Assembly: GCF_016433145.1 (NCBI RefSeq)
Contig: NC_058133.1
Span: 228,402,803-228,466,802, forward strand
Source: Gracilinanus agilis
Lineage: Eukaryota
Reading direction: 5' to 3'
Length of the DNA stretch: 64,000 bases
Shown here: positions 34,401 to 45,800 of the stretch, in pieces
How positions within the stretch are numbered: position 1 is the stretch's first letter
Layout of the letters: every line of letters begins with the position of its first letter
Program-made: the position numbers and the translations under genes
Notes under the pieces: model-generated
The model's database searches: none
Seen by the model: the letters and a program-made list of their open reading frames with translations, nothing else
Told to the model about the DNA's origin: nothing

Positions 34401-34856
34401 GAGCTGTGATAGTGATGCAAAAAAAGCAGAGAATCAGGAAAACCTTTTTAAAAACAAAAAGTTAGTTTGGAAAGGGAAATCAGATTGCCCTGCTCATCTC
34501 TTCTTCTTGTGTTAAATTTATTCTTTAAAAAAAAAAGTTCCATTTCACATACAATCCTTGTTTATTTTGTATATTGAAATATTCATGTTTGACAGCCATG
34601 TTCATAATGAAAAAAAATTTTTAAATACAAAAAGAAGAGCTTAATTTGTAGGGCTATGGCTAATACTTTATCTCTTGTTTTTCAAATCCTTACATAAAAG
34701 TGGATAACTCACTAGCTCTTATTTCCTGAGGGCTACTAAATTTCCTATGGGCATGGCACAATGTCAGAAAAGCCAAGCCACAATATATATTTACACATCT
34801 TATTTAAACTCAAGACTTTACTTTTAATTAAATTCAATTTCACTCTAACCAAAATC

Positions 34857-34862
34857 TTTATT
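34857..34862 (-). terminator. NDUFAF8 polyadenylation signal AATAAA
   Basis: tttatt on +, about 280 nt downstream of the NDUFAF8 stop. Confidence 0.6.
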
Positions 34863-35139
34863 TACAAAAAGTTTACAGAATAACTTCTACCACCATCCTG
34901 GCTAATTGTGTTAGGGTTGTGTATATGTATGTATATGTGTGTGAATATGTGCAAGAGGGCACCAGAACATCTTTAAAACAAAACAAAACAAAACAAAACA
35001 AAACACTTTTGTTTTACTTCTAAGAGCTTCAGGTGTTCCATGCCTTGGTGCTATAGTTAATATTGTTATTTGACTTCATATTGATGGGAAGGACCAAGTA
35101 GAAGATATATTCTGGTGATTTAAAGTCCATCCTAATGCC

Positions 35140-35160
35140 TCAGTTCAAGGTCTTCTTGGC
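35140..35160 (-). CDS. NDUFAF8: NDUFAF8 exon 3 (coding part, AKKTLN*)
   Basis: cattacag|GCCAAGAAGACCTTGAACTGA; matches human AKKTL. Confidence 0.88.
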   Translation of the reverse strand, partial: AKKTLN

Positions 35161-38100
35161 CTGTAATGATAAAGTATTTGATGTCAGTGGAATGTTTTAA
35201 TATTAAACACAACATTCTTTTATGAAAATATAGGGAACAGGGGAAGCTAGGTAGCACAGAGAATGGCACATCAGGCCTTAAGCTGGGAGAACTTCGATTC
35301 AAGTCTGGCCTCAGACACTTCCTAGCTGTGTGACGGTGGGTAGGTTACTTCCATTGCCTAGCCCTTATACGCTTTTGTCTTGGAACTGATACTTTGTATT
35401 GATTCTACGACAGAAGGTAAAGTTTGAAAAAAAAAAAAGAAAAAAGAAAGAAAATATAGTAAACAAAGCATTGTTGGGAAGAGGCAGAATTTGCCTTCTG
35501 TTCACTTTGATAACAATCAGATGAATGGATCTGTTCATCAAGTTTGCCTATAACTCCTAGTTTGATTATGGCACCAAGCCTAGGTCCTGAGTTTGTCCTC
35601 TCATATCCTTATCAGTTTTGGCCTACTGCATAACTATAACCTATTTGCTTCTTAACTCCCTCCCTCCCTCCCTCCCTCCCTTTCTATCTGTCAGCTTTGG
35701 TCATAAGGGAAACCTGTTAAAATATGGATGGAGTAGTGATTCACACAAGAAAAAAAAATTAAAGCAAAATATTACTTAAAAGGGGTGTAGTAATATAATG
35801 TACCCAAGAAGGATGTCATAATTAAAATTATGCATTTCAAGATGGTGGAAATAGATTAATTAATTTCTGAACTCAATTTTTTCAATATGCAGTTCCTAGG
35901 ATGAATAATGTTAAATAAATTCTGACATAAAGGGTAGATAACCAAGTACATCAATCAACTTTTGCTTGACAATAGTAAAAATGAGCATAGGAAAAAACAA
36001 CAAAAAAAAAGCCTTATTTTAGTTGAGGGTTTCTCGATCCTTTCTCACCAAGCCTTTTCTTCCAGTTCTAAATAACTAGATAGAATGACATCCTTCTCCC
36101 TCCCTCTTTCCCTATCATCAAAAAGAGTGTTAACCCAAAGTAGTGAGGTTGTTTACAGGAAAGAGAAAGAAATGGCTTGAGTAGCCTCTGCAATGAAAAA
36201 GCAACCAATGAAGGATAGATTTTCTTGGATGAGAGAAAAAATGAAGGCCTGTAGCAGTACAGGCTGTGTGTGGCCTCTGGCAAGGGCACAGGCTATCTGG
36301 ATCTCTTGATTTTGCTTTTTAATTGAAAGGATATAAACTGCATAATCTCAGTTGCAAAGTAGAATTCATACTTTGATCATCCAGGTGTTCATGAAACACT
36401 CCCTTATGTTCCACTGAAATCTAACCTACTATATATAGTGTAAAAGCATTCTTTGTAGTTTAATCATTGGCGAGTATAACTGCCCAAAATCACTTTGTAA
36501 AAGCCTTTCATGTACAATAATCACATCAGGTCCTACACTGAAGGGCAAATAAAGGCTTCATTTGGTGGATAGTGACAGTCTGTGTGTCTACTATTAGAGG
36601 ACAGCTAAAATTTACAGAGACTCAATTTCAAACTGGCCACAAGGTTGTGAATTTTTTTTTTTATCACAGCAACTCTTTATAGCTTTTAAGATTATTTAAA
36701 TAAATATTACCTGGATATGATGTAGTATATCCACAACCTTTTAAAATGTACCCCCCCCAAAAAAAAATTTAACCCAAAGTGGACATTACATTTTATTAAA
36801 AATCTAACATGAGGGCAGCTAGGTAGCTCAGTGAATAGAGCCAAGCCTAGAGACTGAAGTCCTAGGTTCAAATCTGTCTTCAGATACCTCCTTGCTATTT
36901 GGCCCTGTGTAAGTCACTTAACTCCAATTGCCTGGCCCTTATTGCTCTTGGAACCAATTGATTCTAAGACAAAAGATAAAAGTTTTTTTTTTTTTAAATC
37001 TAACACGGAGGGTTCACTACAGTGTTTACCCAATGAGACACAGATGTGAAAAGAATAATATGGAGAATGAGGAGTCATGGTGATATAACTGTTTATCAGT
37101 CCTGCAAAATGTCCTATATTTTGACATTTAAAGTATCAATTTCCTGGGAGAATCTAACAGGAGTTATTGTTTCATATTTTAAGAGGTTCTCAAAACATAT
37201 CTATGAGTTTTTTGTATTTTAAGTATTTCCTGAGTAGAATAAATAGCAATCTGGGACCTGAAAAAAAAATTTTTTTTTAACCCTGCAATGCTAACTTATT
37301 TGTTTGTTCATTCTCGGAAACACTGTTATCCAAAAACTCACTTCAGAGATAAATAGCAGAGGATGACTTAGCAGTAAGGAAACCACATTCCTTTTCAGTA
37401 AATCCAGGTCTAGGGTATTTTCTTTTTGTTTGTTTTGTTCTTAGGACTAATTGCTCCAGCTGTCTTTTTGCCTAATAAAGCTTTGTTTAGATGAATAGGC
37501 TTCTAATCACTTTTATTGGTGAAGTGATGGTCCCTTGGAAGCAAGGTAGTAGAGTTAAAGCAATAAATCATGGGACTGGGGGTTCACATCCTGCTTCTGA
37601 ATCCTTACTACTAGAGTAACTTGGACAAGTCACCTAATCTCTTTAGCTTTCAATCATTTGTGAAATAAGCAAGTTTGCCTGGATGGTCTTTCAGGTCCCT
37701 TTCTAGCGCCAGATCTATGGTTCTACGATCCTTTATATTAATCTGGAAGATAGAAAGAATTTTAGTGCTTACTTCCAAACAAGCCTTAGCTATATCTAGG
37801 GGACTGGGAAGGAAAAAGATAAATAGCAAAAAGAAAAAAAGTCTCTGGCTTTTTTATCAAGTAAGATGTTACTGATAGGTGAAATAACTAGCAGGACAGA
37901 ATAAGTGCACAGGAGTACAAAGATTGATGTTTCAATCGTGAGCAATGAAGCTGGTGGAGGGAGCCTAGATAATCGGTCTGCAAGAGCAAGTAGTCAAACC
38001 TCCAAAATGTACTCCACTACATCTCCCTACCCACTCCACCCCCCTCCATGCCAACAAAAAGTATATACAACATAAAGTTCTAGTATATTCTATTCCCTTC

Positions 38101-38642
38101 GAAAGGTAGGAAGGCTTCAAGAAATTATGGTGTCGCGCTGCCGCAGAGATTCGTGCTTCTTTCAGGGGACTGGAATAAATGAAATGGATCCCTTTTCACA
38201 TCTAAGCCCCACCCACCTCCCAGACTCAACGCCCAGGGTGCCTGCAGAGTCTGCAAGAGCTGGGGGTTGGTTTCGGAGTGGGGAGCAGTAACAAGGCCCG
38301 ACGGCCACACGTACAACCGCCAGGAAGCAATTCCGCAGGGCTTCGAACTCCTTGGCACAGAGATTCCTCCTCAGGTCCCCGCCAGGGGCCGTGGCGGCCT
38401 GTATACACTTCCCATAAGCTGCTGCCTGGAAGGAAGCGAAATGAGACGACGGAAATTGGCATTTGCAAGGTGCCCGGGAACGCCGCCTCCCCGGTCACCG
38501 GGCCCGGGAGAATAGTCTGCGCGCTGCAGCCCGGAATCCGCAGAAGTACCCCTCTCACCTCGACTCCACAAGTGGCCAGCCTCTCCGGAAAGCTCTGTAT
38601 CCGGCTTCGCACTCGGCCCCACACAGCTCCGGTCCCCGACAT
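35140..38642 (-). CDS. NDUFAF8: NDUFAF8, complex I assembly factor 8; complement(join(38559-38642,38315-38425,35140-35160)), 71 aa
   Basis: MSGTGAVWGRVRSRIQSFPERLATCGVE|AAAYGKCIQAATAPGGDLRRNLCAKEFEALRNCFLAV|AKKTLN*. Twin CX9C motif, GT-AG introns, matches human C17orf89/NDUFAF8. Confidence 0.96.
35240..35445 (+). mobile_element. Opossum-type (SINE1_Mdo-like) SINE
   Basis: gctaggtagcacag ... ggcctcagacacttcctagctgtgtgac ... agaaggtaaag, A tail. Confidence 0.8.
36812..36997 (+). mobile_element. Opossum-type SINE
   Basis: gggcagctaggtagctcagtg ... cctaggttcaaatc ... ccaattgcctggcccttattgctc. Confidence 0.8.
38315..38425 (-). CDS. NDUFAF8: NDUFAF8 exon 2
   Basis: ttccag|GCAGCA ... GTT|gtacgt; 111 nt. 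Confidence 0.95.
38559..38642 (-). CDS. NDUFAF8: NDUFAF8 exon 1 (coding part)
   Basis: ATG at 38642; 84 nt; donor GAG|gtgaga. Confidence 0.95.
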
Positions 38643-39024
38643 GAGAAGCTTGTCCTTTTCCACCAGGGCGCTGCCATCTTGGTTCCGCCTACTTCCGACT
38701 TCCCTCCACTGCCAATAGGGTGAAACATCTGTCTTTAACTTTAGACTAGCTCTTTTATTGGTTTAATGATAATTTCCCCTCCCCCTGCCCGCCATCACCG
38801 TGACCCGCTTCCCAGTCGGATTCACTTGCTTCTCTCAGAGTCTTGCCATTGGTTCGTTTCCCTCGTCTGTTTCCGTTCTCCGACTTCGGATTGGTCTGGG
38901 ATCAATTTGTTTATTAAGAGTGCCCTCGGGGTTCCGCCCCACCATGAGCTATTGGTCTATAGTGCCCGCTCCAGTACGGTGATTGGCGGAAGTTAGTGCC
39001 GGCTGGTGAGGGTGTCCGGGCATC
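38643..39024. promoter_or_regulatory. Bidirectional NDUFAF8/TEPSIN promoter in a CpG island (about 38130-39360)
   Basis: Divergent ATGs 382 bp apart. Six CCAAT/ATTGG boxes (38712, 38757, 38848, 38890, 38951, 38982), YY1 motif GCCATCTT (38673), ETS cores (38691, 38987). Confidence 0.88.
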
Positions 39025-39069
39025 ATGGCCGCTCCGCAGCTCCGGGACCGGCTCAGCTTCTTACACAGA
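39025..39069 (+). CDS. TEPSIN: TEPSIN exon 1
   Basis: gcatcATGG; MAAPQLRDRLSFLHR|gtgagt. Confidence 0.94.
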
Positions 39070-42000
39070 GTGAGTACCAGCCCGGATCCGAGCCCCGGAA
39101 TCCAGGCCCATGAGTTCACCCGATACCCAGGAGACCTGGGCTTCGGCCTTCACGCTGCCCTCGCCTCCAACCGGAGCCGTTTCTCCGGCAGAACTCACCT
39201 GACCTCCCGTTCTCGGGCAGAAATCCTGGCAGGGCCTTAGGTCTCCTGCGGCCTCTGACCTCCCGCCTTTCCTGCCCTTCTCAGCCAAGTCTGCAGTCTC
39301 AGGCCTCCCTAACTAAGGTTGAGAGCCCCTGTCTTCCCCACTTCAATCGGCTACACGTGCCGAAAACATCTGGGTCTCAGTTTTCACCTCTGTAAAATAG
39401 GTTGGGTAGGCTAGAAGGTCTCCAGTCTCCTCTCTAGCACCAGCTCTTGTTGTCCTGTGATCCTCATCATCCCCTTCCACTGTCATCCAAACAAGGCTTT
39501 AATTCCAAGATCCTCTCCTTTTGATAAGGGTTTGCTCTCCTAACCCATTCCACTGCTGGACCCGAAGTATGGTTCCTTTCCTCCTAGTCAGTGTCTCCAC
39601 ACAGTATTTTCCTATTCTGGATCATTTGGTCTTCTTTCTTCCTTATCCAGACCTAGAACCCTCCTCTTAGTAATTACTTCTCTTTTTATGTCCTCTCCAA
39701 GTATCTCCTCTCTTCTCACCTGAACCAAGAACTCTTAACTTCTTAAGCCTGAAGTTCTTAGCTGTGATCCATGAACTTTGTTTTCTAAAATAGTCTATAT
39801 TTCAGTAGAATTAGTTTCCCTTATAATTCTATTTCATACATTTAAAGGAGAATCACTCAAAGTACTTTAAAGTTTTATTTTGTTTGAGGGTAAGGACAAA
39901 TCATGGCATGACAGGGAAAGACCGTTACCCAAGTGCCTTAGTTGTGAGAAGACAAAGAAGGTATATCTATAACAGTGTTAAAGTTTGGTTAGCAACAAGA
40001 CAGAGATTGTCCAGCATCCAAGAGGAGGACAGTCAGTTTTGTCTGGCAATTGAAAGTCTTTTAATGACAGAGCCATGTTGCTTGAGATGCGGTCCATGCA
40101 GGTGTTCTCCATTACTCAGAGCTGACATGTTTGGTCTGAGTTGGCCCATGGTTCTGTTCTGGTATATGATTTTGACAGTAACAGATTGATAGCAGCAGAG
40201 TTCATCCTGAGTGTACACCTGCAAAGGGCTATTATGCCAAGCTCATAGCACATCTTGATTGATTGAGATATGCTAGGTTTGTTCCTGGTGCTGCTAGGTC
40301 TGGGCCTGGGGAACATGACAACTCAGGAAAATGAAAAGGCATTAGCAAGGGGTTAATTTTGGAGTCTTGACAGTTCTTAGAAAGGGGTCCATAGGCTTCA
40401 CAAAACACATGGAGAAAAGATTCAAAATAGTCATTACTCTGAGAAAGAAACTCATAGGCTTTACTAAGTCAGTATTGACCAAGCACCTGTGATGTGCCAG
40501 CTACTTGGGGATACAGAGAAAGGCAAAAACAGCCCTTACCCTCAAGGAGCTAATAGTCTAATGTGGAGACATAGCAACACCAACATGGTAGAGGTTCACA
40601 TTCTTTGGTGACAAGACCTCCCATGCATGGAAAGAACTGTTCCTAAATAGCAGATATAGATATATAGGGGTGTTTGTGTGTGGAAAGTTTACCAATGGAG
40701 TGTGGTTCTCTTGCTTTTATCTAGCTCCCAATTCTGATGAAAGGGACGTCTGATGATGATGTCCCATGCCCTGGCTACCTGTTTGAAGAGATTGCTAGTA
40801 TCCTTTTCCCAAGAAGGAAAGAAAAGCAGGTTTTGGGACAGGCCATAAAAAAGCTATGGGGTTTGGTTAGCAACAAGACATCTTGGAACCCATTATGTAT
40901 TGGTTCAAAGGCAGAATAGTTGTAAAGTAGGTGATGGGAGTTAAGTGACTTGCTCAGGTTTACACAGCTAGTAAGTATTTGAGGCCAGATTTGAACTCCC
41001 ATTTCTAGGACTGATTAGGACTCCATCCACTGAGCCACCTAGCTGCTTCCCAGCTACAGTTTTTGGTAGGATCACCTATTGTGGATTATTGAATTACTTA
41101 GGCAGCACTTTGAAGTGGTTGGGTGATGGGGCCAGGAAGACAGAAGAAGCCTATTTCCTGTGTCTTCAACTAAACCTAAGTTATAGTTTTTCCTCAAAAG
41201 AAATGACTATAGAAAAAAAGTAGATTATACTTGGAAGGCCCAATTTTCCCATCCCCTTCAGTGCAGTTTGGAACCTGATTGTCCTTTCCCTAACATGATT
41301 GCCTCCCAGAAATTTCCCACGAGTCAGTGGGAAGCAGCCAGTGTCTGTTGGAGTACCTCCTGAATCGCTTGCAGAGTAACTCCTGCCATGTTAAACTTAA
41401 GGTAAGCAGGATTGAGGAAGAGGGGGGGGACCCCTGACTGGTTCTCAGGGCCCTGGTTGAATCAGACAAGCCAGACCAGAGCCTAGACAGGACTCAGTTT
41501 CCAGAATGGTCCCAGGAGAAGCAAGAGGATGATGGTATGGCTACCAAGCCGGGATGTTTGTGTATGCTAGAGTAGGGCATGAGACTTTCTAGGCCCTGGG
41601 GCTATGTCATTGTGTTTGAGGTACAGCCCAATGTGGCCTTTTCACATTTTCTCTTCCCAGGCCCTGAAAATCTTGCTGTACATGTGTAGCCATGGCTCCA
41701 CCTCCTTTCTGCTCTCACTCAAACGCAATTCTTCCTTCATTCAGGAAGCAGCAGGTATCAAAATTTTAGCACTAGTCCCTATTGGGGGATCATAGAGAAA
41801 AGAGGGGAGGGTTCAGGTTGAATATTCAGTTTCCTTTCCCTATCAGTTTTAGATTGGAATTTGACCCTTTCCTAACATTAATTAGGAAACAGTATTGTCA
41901 TTTCACAGAAATCTGGATGGTAGGGAAGACTATAAAAGTTTGGTTTCAGAATGGAGAAGGTTTGAACTCCATCCTACATCCCAGACCCTCAGCCTGGTTT

Positions 42001-42776
42001 GGCCCCTTTCTACTCCTCTGGGACTGTTACCTGGAGCCAGTTGAAGGGGGAAATTGAATGACAATCTGAGCCAATGAAGGGACAGTTACTGATTAAGATA
42101 AAGCCTGCCTAGGAGCTGGGGAAAGGGAGATTCTGAGCAAAAAAATAGGTTGATCTAGAATTGGGTCTTCAATTCTTAACTCTTAATTTTGGTTCCATCA
42201 GTCTTTCCACATTAAATGTCTGTACTCAGCACTGATTAAACTTTGTCCTCTTGGGAAGAGAGAAATGAAAAGCACTGACAAGAGCATCTCCCTGGAAAAA
42301 TGTTAAAGGCTCTTAGTGGTATGTCCTTGAGTAGTGTTGGCAAACCCCTCTCTGTGGGCACTAGCTTTCACCCCAACATAGAGTTCACTATAGAAAGCCA
42401 GAGGGATCCTGGGCTGGCTGCTCCCCTCCCCCTCTCCATGCAGCTTGCAGTTTGGGTACTTGGTCTCTAAAAGGTTCGCCATCACTGTCCTACAGAATAT
42501 ATCTCTAGGATGGGCATCATTGCTGCTGCCTGTTCCAGCCAGCTGCTCTGTGACTGGAGGAGTGCAATGGTAGTAAGGCCCCTCCAATGTCTCCTAATCT
42601 GTGCCTTTGATCAGGACCTCATTTAAACTTGGCACTGATAGATAGTTAGCTCTCTAGTTCCTGAAAATCCCCAGAGAAAGAAAGTTCACAAATTTCCTGG
42701 AGGCTAACCCAGAGAGATCCAAGTGCTTGAGGGAAAGAAATCTTAGAGCAGTGATGGCAAACCTTTTAGAGACAGA

Positions 42777-42819
<43 letters not shown>

Positions 42820-45800
42820 GGACTGAGTGCTGTGCCTCCCCATCTCACCTCCCCCCACTTAACCCAGAAGGGGGAGGGAGGAAGTGTTCCCATTGGCTGC
42901 TGGGCAGAGGTGCAGTGAGGAATGTCCTCAGGCATGGAGAGGGTTTGAGGAACAGCTTCACCCTGAGTACCTCTGGCTTTCTAGTAAGGAATTCTGGCAA
43001 GGGACTGCAGCCATGCCCACAGAGAGAGGACTCTGCATGCTCTTTTTGGCATCCATGCCATAGGTTCCCCATCACACTCCTACAGAGTGGAACAGAGAGA
43101 CTGCAGAGAAGTTATTGAGGAATGCAGGAAGTGGGGCTTTTTGGAGCAATCTAGTGCTCATATACAGAGAATCATTTCTAAATGGACTGGAATCAAGAAG
43201 TCATTCTATACATTTGGGAGTAAATGGCATCTAAACTCAGAGCCTCAGGTTTTTTTTTTTCCTTCTATTCCCTGTCTTCTTTGTTTTGTAGTATTTGGGG
43301 GTCTTCCAGATCCTCTTCATGGAAACAGCTTGTATCAGAAGGTCCGAATGGCTGCTCAGGTGAGTCTCAAAGCTAGGGTTTAAAGTTAAGCAATGTTGGA
43401 CAAGGAGGCCTCCCTCTGGGTCCTAGCCTATTGAACATTCTAAGTTTGGGGAGAGTCATTCTGGGGTCTCAGAATTGGTCTTCCAGTTTCCTTTTCTTTC
43501 TCACCCAGACAGTGAGATCATCTTTGAGGTGTTGCTTGCTGATATGAGGACTCAGGGACAGAATTTCCATTCATTATTGTTTATTCAGGCCCCTTTAGCT
43601 TCTCACTCAGTAAGGAAGAGATCCTGGGGCTGGGGGCTCCAGAGCCCAGAGTGGAGACCTGGAAGGACAGCAGAAGGCAGGACCTAGAGCTGTGGTAGAC
43701 ACTAATGGACACTGATATATTTTCCATCCCTCTTCTAGGACTTGGCAAGTGCTTTGTTTTCTGATTCTCTGTTGCCATTGCCTTCCACTCAGTCTCCTAG
43801 GCCCCTTCCTTCAACAGGTAAAGTAGATACTCCCTTCTCATCTTCCTTTCCCTTTCAGTCAGTTTCCAGCCCCTTTTATCCCTGGGCCCTTTTAAGTCAG
43901 TTCTTACTGAGACAAAATGGAGAGAATCTATCATCTCTCTTTGTTCCCTTCTCCCTGGAGATCCTCTATTCAGTGAATGTAGAATTGCTCCTTAGAAAGA
44001 CCAGCCTCATTTCCAACTGAAAGTGTTTTTCTTTCTCCCAAGGTATGGGCTCCCAGGCCAGTTCCTATAGCACCCTCCAAGGCTTTGGCTACACCAAAGA
44101 CAGGGGAAGTTCTGGTGAGTATTTACAGTGGAACTCCATTTCCAGCCCTCTTAGTTCAGAGGCTTCTCTTGCTGATCTTACTGCTCTGTCCATCTGAAGA
44201 TGGCATGGGCCAGGCAGCCAGAGGGTCTTTTGGAAAACCAATCAACAGAAATAAGGTAGGTAAGGCTTTATTTGCAAAATTTCAAGTGCTATATCAGGGA
44301 GAGAAAAAAGCCTAGGGTATCTTGATTTCTCTGAAGCACAGTTCATAGAAATAAAGGCTAAGGACTTTGAGGACTAAGGATTTGGCAACACTGTTACCAG
44401 GGTTTAGAGCCATGCTCAGGAAATGGGCACTGTGGCCTTGACCTAAGTTCAAGAAAGTTGAGAGCTGAGTCTTGGGTTGGTCAGAGAGGAGGCAACCTGA
44501 GGCTTGACTTCCAATAATATCTGGGACTATCGAAGTGGTCCTCTGACCTTCCCTTCTCCTCACTAGATTCACATTTATTTTGTCTTGTTTTTTTAAATAA
44601 GATCAAAGAATGTTGAAGGGTGGGAAGAGGGGAAGAGTGAGAAAGTGAGAGTGAGCTGTGGTATAATGCTATAAGGAGTGTCAAATTAGAGTCAGGAAGG
44701 CCTGGATTCAAGTCCTTCCTCAGAAACTTACTAGCTGAGAGACCATGAGCAAGCCACATAAACACTCTGCGCCTCTCTTTCATTATCATCAAGAGAAGTG
44801 TAGTATAGATTAAACTGTTATGAACACAAGAGGATTGTGTTATTAACACAATCAGAGAAGTACTGTTGTTTAGCTAAGATATAGGAGCAGAGATTTGCTT
44901 CCCACACTAGCCTGACAAAGCTTCCCTGAAGGAGTTAGAATTCTCAAGACTGACTTCAAACCCTAGTAACAGCTCCTAGCTGTCTGTTGGATTAGATGTA
45001 ACTAGGAAGTAGGTCTTGACTTCCTAGGACCTTAACAATGTTTATGGGTTTAGCACCAGCTTGATCTAGATGTAATTTGATCAACTAGGTTGTTACCATG
45101 ATCTGATTAGGATTATCTGTTGTCTTTAATAAGGTAAGTTGTCTAACTCTCTCTCTCTTTTTTTTTTTTTTTTTTTTTTTAATTTTTATCCTGGGACTCC
45201 ATTCAAGGAGCATAGGGCCACAACCAGTAGGCAATGGGACACATAGTCGCTCAGGGTCACCCAGCTGGGAAGTGTCTGAGCCCGGACTTGAACCTAGGAC
45301 CTTTCGTCTCTAGGCCTGGCTCTCAATCCACTGAGCTAGCCCAGCTGCCCCTACTTGTCTAACTCTTGAATAAGACTATTAGAGACTTGAAGATTAACTG
45401 GGTTTATTTGGGTAATTTGACAGGAAGGTAAACTGAGAGATGGAAGAGAGGGAAGTAGGTGAACCCTGATTAATCTTGCCTAAAAGTATAATAAGTTATG
45501 TTAATATTTAAATATAAAGATGTCCTAGGTGCAGAGATCAAGGGACTTTTGAGAGTCTCCCTTGACTCTGAAATTAGTATGGAATCTGTTTGATGCTGAG
45601 CCCAGGGAACTATAAAGTCTCCCTAGGTCAGAGGCTATTTTTGATTCTTGATAGTTTAATAAGGTGATTTTATTTGGTAAAGTTCATGTAGCCTATCAAT
45701 ACTATGATTATTGATATAGTTAGCAATGTAGTTAACCCTGCTTGCCTGCCTATATCAATCTCTCTCCTCCTGAGGCCCAGATAGCAAACACCCTCCTGCC

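Noticed and set aside
38226-38723. Multiple long overlapping ORFs around NDUFAF8
   Set aside because: By-product of high GC in the CpG island; only the spliced NDUFAF8 frame is supported.
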